Below are positions 1 to 14,059 of a stretch of 64,000 nt of DNA, piece after piece. A program made the translations under genes and the position numbers. The DNA comes from Lama guanicoe (Eukaryota): NCBI GenBank assembly GCA_013239625.1, contig MU056050.1, forward strand, positions 7,358,773 to 7,422,772, in the 5' to 3' direction. Under the pieces are notes generated by a model. That model was given only the letters and a program-made list of their open reading frames with translations, did not search any database and was not told the origin of the DNA. Positions within the stretch are counted from its first letter, which is position 1. Every line of letters begins with the position of its first letter.

Positions 1-374
1 ACCCAGATGCCAACCAACCTGCTGCTGGGGCTGTCATGAAGGGAGAAAGAAATACAGTTTTAGAGTTCCTTTAGCATTCCTGGTATCCCCTCTATCCTAG
101 GATCCCTGAAGACTCTTTGGGGAGTGGTGGTAGACTATCACACACTGTACGCCTGACCATGAGTCTGCATTACTTCATTCTCCTTTTCCAAGAGGCAAAA
201 CAGTTCTTATACATACTAAGACCTTTCTATGAGAAAACATCATAAAAGAAACCCCATGTATGGATCTTCTCTTAATATTTCCATGAACACCAGGTTACAG
301 ATTCCTGCTTTATAAACTATAGTCAAGAAAAGGCAAACCCTAGAGACGTATCATCAAACACAGCTGTTACAGAG

Positions 375-555
375 ATGTAGCCTCTGTATCTAAGTTTAAA
401 TGAATTAAAATTAAATAAAATGAAAACTTCAGTTCCTTAGTTGCACTGGTCCCATTTCAAGGGCTCATTAACTACATATGGCTAGTGGCTACTGCCTCAG
501 ACAGCATAGTATAGAGTATTTCCAACATCACAGAAAATCTGACTGGACAGTGCTG
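375..555 (-). mobile_element. MER3-like hAT-Charlie DNA transposon MITE, degenerate
   Basis: Contains 'tgaattaaaattaaataaaa..agttccttagttgcac..catatggctagtggctact' and ends in the TIR-like 'ggacagtgctg', matching the reverse complement of the MER3 consensus as recalled. Confidence 0.75.
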
Positions 556-558
556 TTC

Positions 559-771
559 TAGAGTCAGACCTGGATTCAAACCCCCATCTGCCACTTATTA
601 GGTATGCCACTTACAAGGGGTATAAAACAAGTCACTTCATTTATTTGACACTGTTTCTGTGCTGTAGAATGGGGATGATAATGATCGCCCTCATAGGGAA
701 GTAAGGAAAAGTAAATGAGAGAATGTATGTCTAGGGTCTACTACATATCAGACCCTAAATAAGTGTTAGCT
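559..771 (+). mobile_element. MIR SINE
   Basis: 'gagtcagacctggattcaaaccc..ctgccactta', core 'ctgtagaatggggatgataat' and tail 'aaataagtgttagct'. Confidence 0.75.
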
Positions 772-3070
772 CCTCTCTCCTAACCCACTCGGGGATTTAT
801 ATGAATTTGTCTCAAAAATGGAATAAGAAAATTTGAATAGTATGGCTCCTTAGGCCCCCACACTATATCCTGTTTATGTCTTAGAAGATGTTAGCTTTGC
901 ATTCATTTGATAACCCTCTTTTTCAGATAATACACAGCCATCAAGGTAAAACATTAATAAATAAGCTGGGAGTAGTAAATGATTGCTCTTTGCTTGTACT
1001 ATTTTTAGGAGAGACCATATTTGTCACCACCTTGAACTTTCCAACATGAAAGAACCACGTTTTCCCCTTACAACTGAAATGCCTCCTCCCAAAGCTTTAA
1101 TCAGTGCTCACTTTCAGCTGGTTGCTGTGTTATTAGAACACTAATGGTGACACTAGAGCTGGAATGGAGAAGGACCATTTCTCTCTAAATCCATATTTTC
1201 CTATGTTCAGAATGTTTTCTGTGTTTTTCCTATGAGGCTGACATCTCCCAGGCCTGGTAAAAGCGAATTATTTGAGAAAAGTCTCAACTAAATCTGTTAA
1301 GGTGTTTGAGTTCCGTGAGTAGGAAAGCAAAATACATATTTCTAACTTCAAGAAGAAGGATGCTTCAGGACTGTTTTCCCCTGTTCAATTTAAGGCTTGA
1401 GAAACACAGCAAAATCACATTCCTCAATGAAAACAAAGTTTAAAAAAATGTTGATTTGATAGAACAGTTCAAAGTGACAGATGGTAGACGGGCGATCTAT
1501 CATTTTCCTTAGGATAAAGTCTGGCAGTCTTCAGAGAAACTGAGAAGAGAAAGTCTTATTTTCCTTCTAGTTTAGCCCTGGGAACAGTTCTCACAACTAC
1601 CCTTCTCTCCACATCTTTGGGGGTGGGGGATTAGAAAGACGGCGATTCATCAGTGCCTGCTTTGAGCTGGCTCTAGGCCATGCTGCAATTCCTGTTGACC
1701 AATTTTCTACTTGAGTGACAGGAAAAGAGCAGGTTGCTAACATACTGACCATTAGGTTATCTGTTTAGTACGTGCCTGAGAACGTGCCCAGAGGTACTGT
1801 ATTACGGATGTCTCTGTCTAAATAAAATAAATAATTGCAGATTTCAGAGCCTGAGGGCAGAGAGTTGTTCTGCTATCGAAATTGGAGTCTATCTTGTCAG
1901 GTGTGTAATGAGGTCTTTCCTTCAGGCTGATCGATTTCATAAGGCTGAGGTAATTATCAAAAGCAAGCACAGATCTCCCTGCAGAAACCACTCCACTGAT
2001 TTTGAAAACTAGCTAGTCAGCTGGATCTGGTCAGAAGCCTAGGCTGAGCCAGCTCTTTCCGTAGGAACAGTTACTACACACAGAGTACAACAATTTACTC
2101 TAATAGATTCTTAAGATGCCAGTAAATAAGTTGTAAACAAAGTTCAGCAAAATAATTTCACATGCTGTAACTGAGTGAAAACTGAAGTGGCAGTCAGATA
2201 AATCTGCATTTCAGTGTAGGATGCTTTGAAGGGGAGACTGAGAGCTAAAATTCTTTTAGTCTTTGGAGAATTAATTACATCAATTAAGGCTAGAAGGATA
2301 TTGGTAACCTTTAGGACTGATGCACTGTATGAATAACATTTGTATCTTTGCTTTTCCCAAAATATACACACTAATTTCACCAGATTTCCTTTATTCATTC
2401 ATTTAGCCTTCATTAACTATTTATCCAATCACTGTGCTACAATTTCTAATTAACCAATTAAGAGTTTATGATTTAGCATTCCCTAAATATAGAACTACAT
2501 AAATGCAGTAAACCTTCATTTACATGTTCAAAAACTTTATCCTCTCTCCTTCCCCATCCCATTAATTTTGCTATACTGTATCATTAATGTTCCAGAGTTA
2601 CACATTCTGTATTCTTAACAATCCAATCCTCATTTGGATTAGTTTTTCAAAAATGTATGATAAATAACCCTGTTGTTGGCTGTGAAATTAAACACATAGG
2701 AGAAAACAGATTCCTATAATATGCTAATGCATCTTTATAGATACACACCTCCTCTATAACAATTCCACCTTAGGACTATCAGTGTAGGGTGTTGACAAGT
2801 GATTAACTCCTTTTGAGGGGCCCCTGGGCTGAAGTCAAACGTGCTACTGAGGAGAGAGCTAGAATCTGCTCCTTGAGAAAACATGACTATAAAGGAAAGC
2901 CTGCAAAAAAGAGCTGATTTGTGTTTGAAATAAGTCTTACTATTGTTGCTATATAAAAGAATAAGTAGGATCTTAATTTTGCTCCAGTCAGGAGTCTAAC
3001 TGAGGTATTCAATATGTATGGGAATGAATGCATCAACAGAACAATATTGACAGATAGTCTCTCTCCTTAA

Positions 3071-3200
3071 TCATCCAATTCATTCAAACAATTCTGTATG
3101 CCTGGCAGTGTGCTAGGTCCTAGGATTTCAGGAATTGATAAGACATAGTTTCATTCCTCAAAAAGCTCACCACCAGAAAGGAAGGCAGATAAATACACAG
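3071..3200 (-). mobile_element. L2 3' end fragment
   Basis: 'ttcattcaaaca..tgcctggcagtgtgctagg..aagacatag..cctcaaaaagctcac' is the reverse complement of the L2 terminus. Confidence 0.6.
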
Positions 3201-3324
3201 AAAACCTGGGCCAAATTATTATATCAGCTTCATCTATTGCTGCTTCCCCCAAGTATCCTTTGCTTCATTCATACCAAACTTTTCAATTCTTTAAACATGC
3301 TATGCCTTTTGAGGTCTCTGTACT

Positions 3325-4626
3325 TCTTTTTTTTTAAACTTTATTTTATTGTGGTAATAACACTTAACATGAGCTCTACCTTCTTAAATTTTAAGTGTAC
3401 AATACAGTATTGCTAACTACAGGCACAATGTTGTATAGCAGATCTCTAGAATTGATTCATTTTGCATAGTCAAACTTTGTGCCTGTTAATTAGCAATTTT
3501 CCATTTCCCTGCCCCTCAGCCACTGGTAACTACCATTGTACTCTCTTATTCTATGAATTTGACTATTTTAGATAACTCATATAAGTAGAATAATGTAATA
3601 TTCATCCATTTGCGGCCAGCTTATTTCATTTAGCATAAGGTCGTCAAGGTTCATCCATGTTCTTGCATATTGCAGGATTGTCTTCTTTTTTAAAGTTGAA
3701 TAATATTCCATTGGTATGTCTATACCATGTTTTCTTTACCCATTCATTTGTTGGGCATTTACGTGGTTTCCATAGCTTGGCTATTGTGAATAGTGCTTCA
3801 GTGAACACTGGGGTGCTAATATCTTTTCAAGATATTGATTTGAATTTGTTTGGATAAATACCCAGAATTGGGATTCTTGACCATATGGTAGTTTTGTTTC
3901 TAATTTTTTAAGGAACCTCCATATGTTTTTCACAGCAGCTGCAACAGTGTACAAGGGTTCCAATTATTCCACATCCTTGCCAACATTTTTTTTGATAATA
4001 GCTGTCCTCATAGGTAATGAAATAATCTTATCATAGCTTTGATTTTCATTACCCTAATGATTAGTGATGTTGAGCACCTTTTTGTATACACGTTGGCCAT
4101 TTGTATATCTTCTTTGGAGAAATGTCTACTCAAGTCTTTAGCCTATTTTTAAAATTGTTTTTTTTCCATTGAGTTATAGAAGTTATTTATATATTTTTGA
4201 AATTAATCCCTTATGTTTTCTCCCATTCAGTAGGTTGCCTTTTCACTCGGTTATTTCCTTTGCTATACTAACACTTTTAGTTTGATGTGGTACCACTTGT
4301 CTATTTTTGCTCTTATTGTCTGTGCTTTTGGAGTCATATCATGAAATCACTGCCAAGACCAACGTAATGAAGCTTTTCCCCTAGATTTTCTTCTAGGAAT
4401 TTTACAGTTTCAGGTTTTATATTTTAAATCTTTAATCCATTTTGAGTTTATTTTTGTGTGTGGTGTAAGATATGGGTCCAAATTAATTCGTTTGTATATG
4501 GATATCAATTTTCCCATCACCATTTATTGACTATACTATCTTTTTCCCATTGGGTATTCTTGGCACCTTTGTTGAAAATCAACTGACAATATATGGATGG
4601 ATTTATTTCCGTGCTCTCTATTCTGG
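3325..4626 (-). mobile_element. Old LINE-1 3' portion (L1MA9-like), inserted into a + strand L2 remnant (about 3230-3322 and 4630-4790)
   Basis: Poly-T, then 'cacttaacatgagctctacc..aagtgtacaatacagtattg..cagatctctaga', followed by antisense ORF2 C-terminal sequence; L2-like sequence resumes on both sides. Confidence 0.85.
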
Positions 4627-4864
4627 TTTTCTGTTTATACTATTCCCTCTGCTTGAGATATAATTTTCCCTTTTCTCCACCTGGAGAGCTTTTACTCAAA
4701 CTTCAAAGCCCTGATCAAATGTTACCTCAGTGAAATGTTTCCTAATCCCCAAAGGCTCTCTCCATAGGAGTATACAGAACATTTTTTATCAGAGCACTTA
4801 TTGCAGGACCTCAGGGCTCATTCTCAATGATTGTGGGTTTGCATGTGTTCTGAGTAAGGTATTG

Positions 4865-5125
4865 TCAATATCTGATCTGTGCCTTAGAAAGCTCATACCT
4901 GTTGAAGGACACATTGGAGGTAATAAAGCATCAGAGGCAGAGAGACCAGTTACAATACCAAAGTGATACAGTGGAGAGATGACATTAGCATGATCTCAGA
5001 CAGCAGCAATGAATGGAAACAAAATAATGTATTTCAGAGATATTCTTGAAGTGGAATTATCTGCCTTTGGCGTCTGGCTGGATCTGGAAGTTGATGGGAA
5101 GAGAGGAGTCTGAGATCATCCATTT
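4865..5125 (-). mobile_element. L2 fragment
   Basis: 'gaggcagagagaccagtta..gagagatga..atttcagagatattcttgaagtggaa..gagaggagtc' is typical antisense L2. Confidence 0.6.
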
Positions 5126-6727
5126 AAAAGTTCTTAAGTCAGAGTCCTGAAAATCCTGCAAGGTGTAGGAGTTCAGTATGAGAAGAAGCACAATGAATTG
5201 GAAGTGTAACCACAAAGCTACAGTGAAAAAGAAAACTGCTTTCAATCTCTATTTGCTGTGGCATAAAGGCTGCCAGGAAGCACTATCAAATGGCTTACAC
5301 TTGACCTTTACTATGTATTCTCAACAAAGCCTGTCAAAAGATATCAATTCATCCAGAAAAAATAAAGCATGATAGTCTAAGAGGCAGGATAACATAATAT
5401 TGGGATAAGGAGGGAGAAAACATTTTAATAATAGGTCTCAGACTCGGTTTATTTCGTCTGCAGCATTCACTGACAAAAGTGTCTTTGAAGGTCAGGAATA
5501 CTTAATAAATTCCTTCTCTTTCCCTTCACACTTTCCCCTTTCTTCCCCCTCCCAAACAACTCCTAAAAATAGTCTTATTAGAAAATCTTGCATTTTAATA
5601 GCAGTTATCTTCTGGTTATTATAGTATGTTGGATTAAGCTGACAATTTTCCTTTTAACAATACTCAAAGAAAGCTTGGAAAAAGTAATGCTATGTTGTTT
5701 TTCTCCCTGCCAAAAAATATAGCATTGTAATTGTCTCCTGGAGGAGAAGCACTCTAATCATCTTTAACTTTAAAGTAAATTCATTTCAGGAAGATGCTTT
5801 GAGACAAACAATTGACAGAGGAAATCAGGGCTCCTAGGAGATTGTGATGTGATGGATTGAGGTGAAGAGAATGCTGTAGCCGAATTCAATTCTGTGAACA
5901 TTTCAACTTAAAAAGAGTTTTTCTGCAATAAGCACTGTATGGGAATTAGAGTCATGTTACATTGTGGGAGATAGGCCTTTAACATTGCACAGATATTTAA
6001 CACCTAAGAGTTCTAGGCACCACAGAGGCAACAAGCATACAACACAATTATTCTGATTAAACAAAAGAGGAAGCTGTTATACCAGATGAAGTCAGAGTGT
6101 GAAACTATAGTATCTTTCTAAAATAAAACTCTTTAAAAAGAATCCCAGGACTAGAAAAGACCTAAGCATCCTCTTATTCCAACTGATGTCACTAAGAACT
6201 TGGAATAGTCTCAAAAGCCAAAGTGTTACTCTGATTTAGAAGACCTTTTCAACTTTCACTCCCTCCGTAATTGAATCCATTCCCATCTTCCATTGTTGTT
6301 TTGTTATTTTTTGAGGGCCTCCCATTAGGTTTCAGGAAATACATCCTTTGGAGACAGATTTGGATTGGTAAATTTACAGCCTTGGTAAATTAACAGGCTC
6401 AGAATTTCCCCGAAATTGGACATTTGCCTAGGTTGATGGTGGACAGAAGAAATGGACTAGCAATGAACTGAGGCCCTGAATACCTGGCCAAGCAGCCTAG
6501 CCTTCTGGACAGATGCCAAGAATGAGCATAAAGCCATAGTGCAGTAAACCAATTCTATTTAAGAATATCCTCTTTGGCTTCTAAAAGGCAACTGTTTTCC
6601 TTAATACACGTGACCAAAAGCAGCTCCCATATTCTTTTGTTTTTCACCAGTTACTTCCTGCCTCAACCCCGTCACGAACCTCATAGATTTGTTAGGAGTG
6701 TCTTCAGAAGAGAGTGTGACTTTAAGG

Positions 6728-6903
6728 CAGTATGTCTCATCGGTGGCTATGTATTAAAATCACCTGGAGAACTTTAAAAAATACCAATGCCTGGGCTCCA
6801 CCCCTGGAAATTCTGATTTAATTTGGTCAGGGTGGGACCTAAGTGTCTTGTTTTTAAAAGTCACCAGGTGATTGTAACGTGCAGCCAGGGCTGAAAAACA
6901 CTG
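6728..6903. mobile_element. MER5A-like hAT-Charlie MITE
   Basis: CAG...CTG termini; internal 'aaaatcacctggagaactttaaaaaataccaatgcctgggctccacccc..aattctgattta..ccaggtgatt..gcagccagggctga'. Confidence 0.85.
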
Positions 6904-8814
6904 CTCTAAATGGAGCAAATGAGTATACACTGCCTAAAGTTTTTTTAAGTTAAAACCAAATAACACTTAGAGAATAAGTTCATTTACTCCTCACCTACAA
7001 TATGCAGGGGACTGTACTGGCTGTGTGGTATGAATAGGTTAGACATAAACTTGCTTGGTTTATGATGGTTTATGGAAAAGATGGAAAGAAAGATTAGGTC
7101 TAGATGGAAGACAATAGAAGCCTGATATAAAACTCAGTAATGGGGTAGAAAACAAGAGAGGAGGGAGGCCTGGAAGAATGCTGTCCTAGTACCACCTACT
7201 GAAAACTTACTTTGCAGTCAGTAAACGATTTAACAGTAGTACAGTTAAGGCACCCTGGAAAAAAAAACTTCTAACTGCTCCAAAAAAATATCTCCTTAAG
7301 AATTTTGCTAATCATAAATCAGAACTTGTAAGGAGGTGCAGAAAAGTTTTTTTTTTTAAATAATATGTTAAAATACCAATATATCTTCTAAGTAACTTGC
7401 TATCAATATTATTTAGAGCACAAGTATTATAAACTCAGGATAAGAAACTAATGCTGAAATGCTAAAAGTATGTCTAACATGTTAGGAATAAATTACTCTA
7501 ATTGACCAAAGCTTTGTTCACATATGAGACATTTCAAAATGTAATGATGTACTGACAAAAATTCTTGTATCCTACTGCTAAAGTTATAGGGATTGGTATT
7601 AAATCCAAGTATGATATATGTATACACATAAGAGCAAGCAACAATTACAATATAGAGATATTTTAAATTTAATCTTTTTTATTTATTAGTATTGTTACAT
7701 GGCAATGAGCATTCAGAAAAAAACTAATCAGTTTGCATTATGCAACAATCAGACAAAATATTCCTAATCCTCTGTCATTCTTTTTCCTTGGCCCCTGGGT
7801 ACTCATTAAAGGTTAATTTATTTAAATCTCTCAAACATTCATTTCAATCTACTTTAATAAACTAATGAATCTTTGGAACTTTGCCTAATCAGCTTATGTT
7901 TTTTTATTTTAATACATCTATAAAATGTCTTTTTTCTAAGCTCATTCTTAATAGTTGTCTTCCCTCTTGGAGATAGATAGAATTGTGCTTCAGTAACAAC
8001 CTGATTTGAGCATTTGGTAACACATTTACAACCTCATCCAACACATAGAGAATGCTGTCGCTTGCCTACTGCTCTTAAACACAGTTACATTTTAGAGGAT
8101 AGTGCACTGACTTATGTTTACTAGGTTAATAATCCTCCAAATTGAAATGGTCATTTTGCAGTTTAGCGGGACTGACAATTTTATTGAAGCAAAGCTTCTA
8201 ACAACTTTGGTGCTTGCTGAATGCTATGAGGGCCTATCAGTGAAACAATTCCATTCTGGTCATTGCAAACCACAGCAATGCACGGTACATGCCATGTGGA
8301 TTGGCAAATATAAGACAAGTCTAGAGAAGTCTTCAAAAGAATAGTACCACCTAAATGGAGTCTAAAGTTGTACCTTACAATCTGTTCAACTGCCATGCTA
8401 AATATGTTTTGTTTAATGGTAACTTTAGGGAATCTTTCATGCAACTATCGTTAAGTTGAATGTTCTCAGGGTGATGGCCAACATTCAGGAACTGCACTCC
8501 ATCCTGTACACCAGAATGCTAGAAACCAAAGTCTTGGAGCACTAGGGCATTACTTCTAACTCCTTTCATAACAAGAAATATTATTATAAAATTTTACGTT
8601 TTACCAAGTGGTTACACCCCATCCTTATGATAGAGGTGGGGATCTTAATTTTTTAAAGAATTTTTTTCCTGAAGACATTTATGCATCACTTTGTTTTAAA
8701 GAAATCATCATCTGCTTTCCTCAAAAATTTATATAGTTAATGTTATTCTGGTTCCTTCATTTTTAATCTTTTTTAAATTGAACTATAATCAGTTGACAGT
8801 GTTGCACGAGGGAG

Positions 8815-8940
8815 GGATTTTAGATGGGAAAACTGCAGCTCAGGGGAACTTCAGCGATCTACCCAAAGTTATGACATGTGTGGGGAAACCGAAATCCAGA
8901 CCCTCTGGCTACAGATCTTTCCCCTGTACCATGTTGCCTC
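8815..8940 (-). mobile_element. MIR fragment
   Basis: 'ttttagatgggaaaactgcagctcag..cccaaagtta..taccatgttgcctc'. Confidence 0.6.
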
Positions 8941-9989
8941 ACCTGTCTGGTCTGTGGTGGGATTAATGTTTTTACTGTTGTGTGGTTCACCATTGATGAA
9001 AGAAAAATTGTAAAAGTTACCTCCAAGATGTTTTGGTGGTAAATAAATCAAACTGACTAAAAATAATTATGATACATTATTTGACATAACTTATCTTCAT
9101 AATATAATAATTCATTGGAGTGCAACTTCATGTGTAAGAGCTAGAATTCTTAATTTTAAGTTAGGTTTTCATTTTACATACAAATTAATAAAAATAATAA
9201 ATGTATCCCTTACGTTTGGTCTAGATTACAAATATTTAAATTTCTAGTGGAAGTAGATGCTTGGCTCTGTTACAGTGCTAAAGGTTTTCCAGTTGTCACC
9301 TTTGCTTTTCCAAACAGTAACTCCAAGAAATCACCTTTCAAAGTTCATTATTCATTCATTATTCATCTGTCCACCCATTCATTTATCCAATCATCCAAAT
9401 GACATTTATGGAACTCCTACTTTGAGCCAAGCAACATGACAGATGTGGACTCTACCTGAAGTTCCTGCTGCTGCCTTATTTCCTTAGACTTATAACGCCT
9501 TGAAGACAGGAATCCTATCATTCTGCAGAGAATATAGCCAGTTCTATTTGCAGAAAATCACTTAAACACTTTTTTGACAGTGAGATTTCTGGTTCCTCTG
9601 CCGCCCACATGCCCTTCCAGACATATGGGAGTTAGGCAAAGAAATAGCAGAGTCTGCTTATCAAGTCTGACCTTTGGATAATGACTACAGTTCTCCCATC
9701 CGAGCTTGCTCCCGTTCTGCCTTGTGGTCAACAAAATGATTCAGCTTAAAATGGCAATATATCTGTTGCTGCTTCCCAGATATTTTCTAGCAAGCTACAT
9801 TTTTAAAAAAATGGTTGCTTCTGCCCTTCAGCATAGTGGTGAACTGTATCACCAAATGTACAGTCGCATCTGATTCAGTGAGAAGTAGGAGCTTATAGAC
9901 AAGATGTAGATAAATTTGAGAAAGCTGCAAAAGCAGGAATATTCCCTTCCTTCTATCACTAGATGCTTGATTTACTTATTTTAACAATA

Positions 9990-10190
9990 ATAACTTATAT
10001 TCAGAGACTGCTATTAACTTTTCAACTCTCCTTCACATCCACTTCACAGCTAACTTGTGAGATGACCAGTGAAGGCATGATTATACAGTTAACATATATA
10101 ATTCTAAAGCTCAGAGAGGCTAAGTGACTTGTTTAAAGTTCCACAGCAAGCCCGTAGCCGAGTTGGGTCTCCTCACTCCAGGGCTCTGAG
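9990..10190 (-). mobile_element. MIR fragment
   Basis: 'aagctcagagaggctaagtgacttgtttaaagttccacagc' is the antisense MIR core. Confidence 0.6.
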
Positions 10191-11722
10191 TCATCAGGAG
10201 AGTTGTATTTTTTAAGAATTCCTAGGAATCACGAAAAACTAATCAATTATCTCAGTTTGTACCATTTCCTAGTTAATTGTATAGAAATGATTTCCTAGGA
10301 ACAAGAATTGGGGAAACCAGCATGGTAAGCAGGCGATTCTGAAAAGGAAACTTCTTTCAAGTAGGCTGAGCCTTAATTGCAATCCTTCCAAATTGAACGT
10401 TAATTAAGCCCCAAAAGGTAGGACTTAAACAAACAAAAACAATGGCACAAATATTTTCTCTCTATCACAATTCTTTTTATTTCTTCAAGGATGGAGCTAG
10501 TTATGACAGGATACATCTTTCACTCACAAACAATGAAGACATGGCTGATATCACTCATGAGGCATTTTTGTTGTTTCTAGGCTTCCTCTAAAATATAAGA
10601 ATATTGGCTTCACATATATTTAACACAAATATTTTTTGTTGGAGCATATATAATATTTTGAAAAGTCAATAATTTACATTAAAAAAACTGAAGGTCTTCC
10701 AATTTTTATTTTCATTTATTATTTAATTCTACAAAATAGATTTGTCCAAAACTTTGTTTTTAAAATGTTTTATTAAGAAACATTATATTTCTTAATCTTT
10801 CTAATCTTCTTCTTCTTGAAAATTGCCTAGGATTTTATTACCTGGTTTTTCTAAGTCTCTGACTTCTTTCTCCCTCACCGTAAGGAAACCACAAGCTATA
10901 TCACACACATACATTTTATCAAAATAAATGTCACTTTTATTACTTCTTGGACTACCACAAAGGATAGCCCTTTGTGATCCAAGCCAATTTACCCATGATG
11001 AAAAACGTTTACATTTCAAAAACATGTCTTATAATATAATTAGATCTGTACTTCATAAATAAGCCAGAAAATGACGTATGTGGCTTGTTTACCAACCCCA
11101 AATAATTAGTTTGGGAGTAAGGAAATGAAAATGGAAGGGAAATTAAATGGAACACACCCCAGGCATCCTAGGAAAAGGGATTACAGATAGGTGATGGGAT
11201 AACTGTGAGAGAAGTCAAACATGTATGATAGTGTTAATGAATAGCAAATTTGTTAGAGGTGATTCAGAAAAGTGAAAAATGCTGACCGCCACCACCAAAA
11301 AAATCGTAACATATTATTGCAAACGTCACATTAAATTGTTTAATTTAAACCTCCCCAGAGACTGATGGATGTTTTGCTTGGTATATTATATTTTATAGCT
11401 TAATACAGCAATAAAAGAACTTTCAGCCCTTTAAGGGGCTGATTTTCCTGTCTTTTCAGAAAGTTGTTTCCCTTCACTCCCGCAAAGCTATACAATTAGA
11501 TCACCTTTTCGCAGGAGATAGAGAAAAATGAAATTCATATAGACCTCAAACCTCTCATTTTGGCCCATGGTTTCTGCCTCCTTTCCCATCAAACTTTTCA
11601 GCAGAGCACTAATAGGTAGCAAAATTGGCTGATAAAAATGCCATTCTCCTATTCCTTCCCTGCCTAGCCTCTGGTAAAGGAACTAAACAGCAGAATGGAA
11701 AATAAAGGATACCAAGGGTATG

Positions 11723-12435
11723 ATATGATCCAGCAATTCCACTCCTGGGCATATACCCAGAAAAGACAAAAACTCTAATTTGAACAGATACATGCACCCC
11801 AATGTTCACAGCAGCACAATTTACATAGCCAAGACATGGAAGCAATCTAAATGTCCACCAACAGATGACTGGATACAGAAGTGTATACATATATATACAC
11901 ACACATATACACATACATACATACACACACATATACCATATACATATATACACAATGGAATACTACTCAGCCATAAAAATGAATGAAATAATGCCATTTG
12001 CAGCAACATGGATGGACCTAGAGATTATCATACTAAGTGACATAAGTCAGATAGAGAAAGACAAATATCATATGATATCACTTATATGTGGAATCTAAAA
12101 AAATTATACAAATGAACTTATTTACCAAACAGAAATAGACTCATAGACATAGAAATGAACTTATGGTTAACAAAGGGGAAAGAGAGGGGGGGATAAATTA
12201 GGATTTTAGGATTAACAGGTACACACTACTATACATAAAACAGATAAACAACAAGAATCTACTGTATAGCAGAGTGAACCATATTCAGTATCTTGTAATA
12301 ACCCATAATGGAAAAGAATCTGAAAAAGAATGTGCGTGTGTGCGTGTGTGTGTGTATAACCGAATCACTTCGCTATACACCTGAAACTAATACAACATTG
12401 CAAATCAACTATACTTCAATTAAAAAATAATAATG
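11723..12435 (+). mobile_element. 5'-truncated LINE-1 (ORF2 C-terminus plus cetartiodactyl-type 3' UTR)
   Basis: Translates to [36 protein letters not shown]; 3' UTR ends 'tcaactatacttcaattaaaaaa'; possible TSD remnant agggtatg at 11715-11722 and 12436-12443. Confidence 0.9.
11881..11953. repeat. Compound (TA)/(CA)/(TACA) microsatellite expanded inside L1
   Basis: Visible directly; a second (TG)n run lies at about 12331-12356. Confidence 0.85.
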
Positions 12436-13292
12436 AGGGTATGGATAAACCACAAACCAGATAATGAGCTCCTGAATAATCAAGATTTGACTTAAACCTC
12501 AATTATGTCTTACTTTAATCCATCATTCTATACCTTTCTTTAGCACCTTAAACACAGAATTGCAATTTATCTCTAAGTCCTTGTTGGTAGGAAGTGGGAG
12601 GTGGGGAGTGATGGACAAACTTTGGTACTGGGACCACGGCAAATAGCCTCTCTTGACACCCCTTCTATTATTTCTCTTGTCTATGGCACCCAAACATGCC
12701 TTTGTAGGAGCCCTGAACACCGTAAGTGATGGTTAACAACTGGAGTAGTACTTTTTGTACCCTTCAGCAAGGGGGAGTTGATTCATTAGGAATAAACAAA
12801 CAGTCCAGGAACCTTAACATATTGGTATATTGGCTAATTGCCTTTTACGAATTAATAATCAGATTTACATTTCAATGTGTTTATCAGACTTATAGCTGTA
12901 GGGGATCTGTTCCTTTGCATTTACCTACAATACTTCTGTTTGATTTTGTTTATAGTTTTTTTTCCCTTCTCTAACTTCACATTCCTTAATGCAGTGGGGC
13001 CTCTGCACAAAAATACTAACTATCCCCTGCCACTAAGTAGTTGATTTCACCTTTAGAATTCATATGAATCTGTGACAGGCTTCCTGTTACAGCTACTCTA
13101 CTCAGATCTAGAGTCATTGCACAACTCCATGTTCTCAAACCTGGTATCTTCCCTGCTACATAAACCATTACTATCTCAATTCCCAGGGATCTCACACTTC
13201 CTGGTAAAGCTGCCTGTTCCACTGCAATGATGGTTTCAAGGCAGCTTTGGACTTCAAAACTGCTTCTCCATACTTTCAAAAATGTTCTTTCT

Positions 13293-14059
13293 GACAAATG
13301 CTGGAGAGGCTGTGGAGAAAGGGGAACCCTCCTACACTGCTGGTGGGAATGCAGTTTGGTGCAGCCACTATGGAAAACAGTGTGGAGATTCCTCAAAAGA
13401 CTAGGAATAGACTTACCATATGACCCAGGAATCCCACTCCTGGGCTTGTACCCAGAAGGAAATCTACTTCAGGACGACACCTGCACCCCAATGTTCATAG
13501 CAGCACTATTTACAATAGCCAAAACATGGAAACAACCTAAATGTCCATCAACAGGTGACTGGATAAAGAAGAAGTGGTATATTTATACAATGGAATACTA
13601 CTCAGCCATAAAAACCGACAACATAATGCCATTTGCAGCAACATGGATGCTCCTAGAGAATGTCATTCTAAGTGAAGTAAGCCAGAAAGAGAAAGAAAAA
13701 TACCATATGAGATCGCTCATATGTGGAATCTAAAAAACAAAAACAAACAAACAAACAAAAACAAAGCATAAATACAGGACAGAAATAGACTCATGGACAG
13801 AGAATACAGACTTGTGGTTACCGGGGGGGGGGGGGGGTAGAGGGTGGGAAGGGATAGACTGGGATTTCAAAATTGTAGAATAGATAAACAAGATTACACT
13901 GTATAGCACAGGGAAATATACACAAAATGTTATGATAAATCACAGAGAAAAAAATGTGACAATGAGTGTGTATATGTCCATGTATGACTGAAAAATTGTA
14001 CTGAACACTGGAATTTGACACAACACTATAAAATGATTATGAATCAATAAAAATGTAAA
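13293..14059 (+). mobile_element. Young 5'-truncated camelid-type LINE-1 with perfect 15-bp TSD
   Basis: Open ORF2 C-terminus [27 protein letters not shown] ending at 13733; TSD aaaaatgttctttct at 13278-13292 and 14060-14074; EN site TTTC/AAAA. Confidence 0.95.

Noticed and set aside
13227..13733. 168-aa ORF as a host gene
   Set aside because: It is the L1 ORF2 C-terminus in frame by chance with an ATG in the flank; there is no promoter or splice support.
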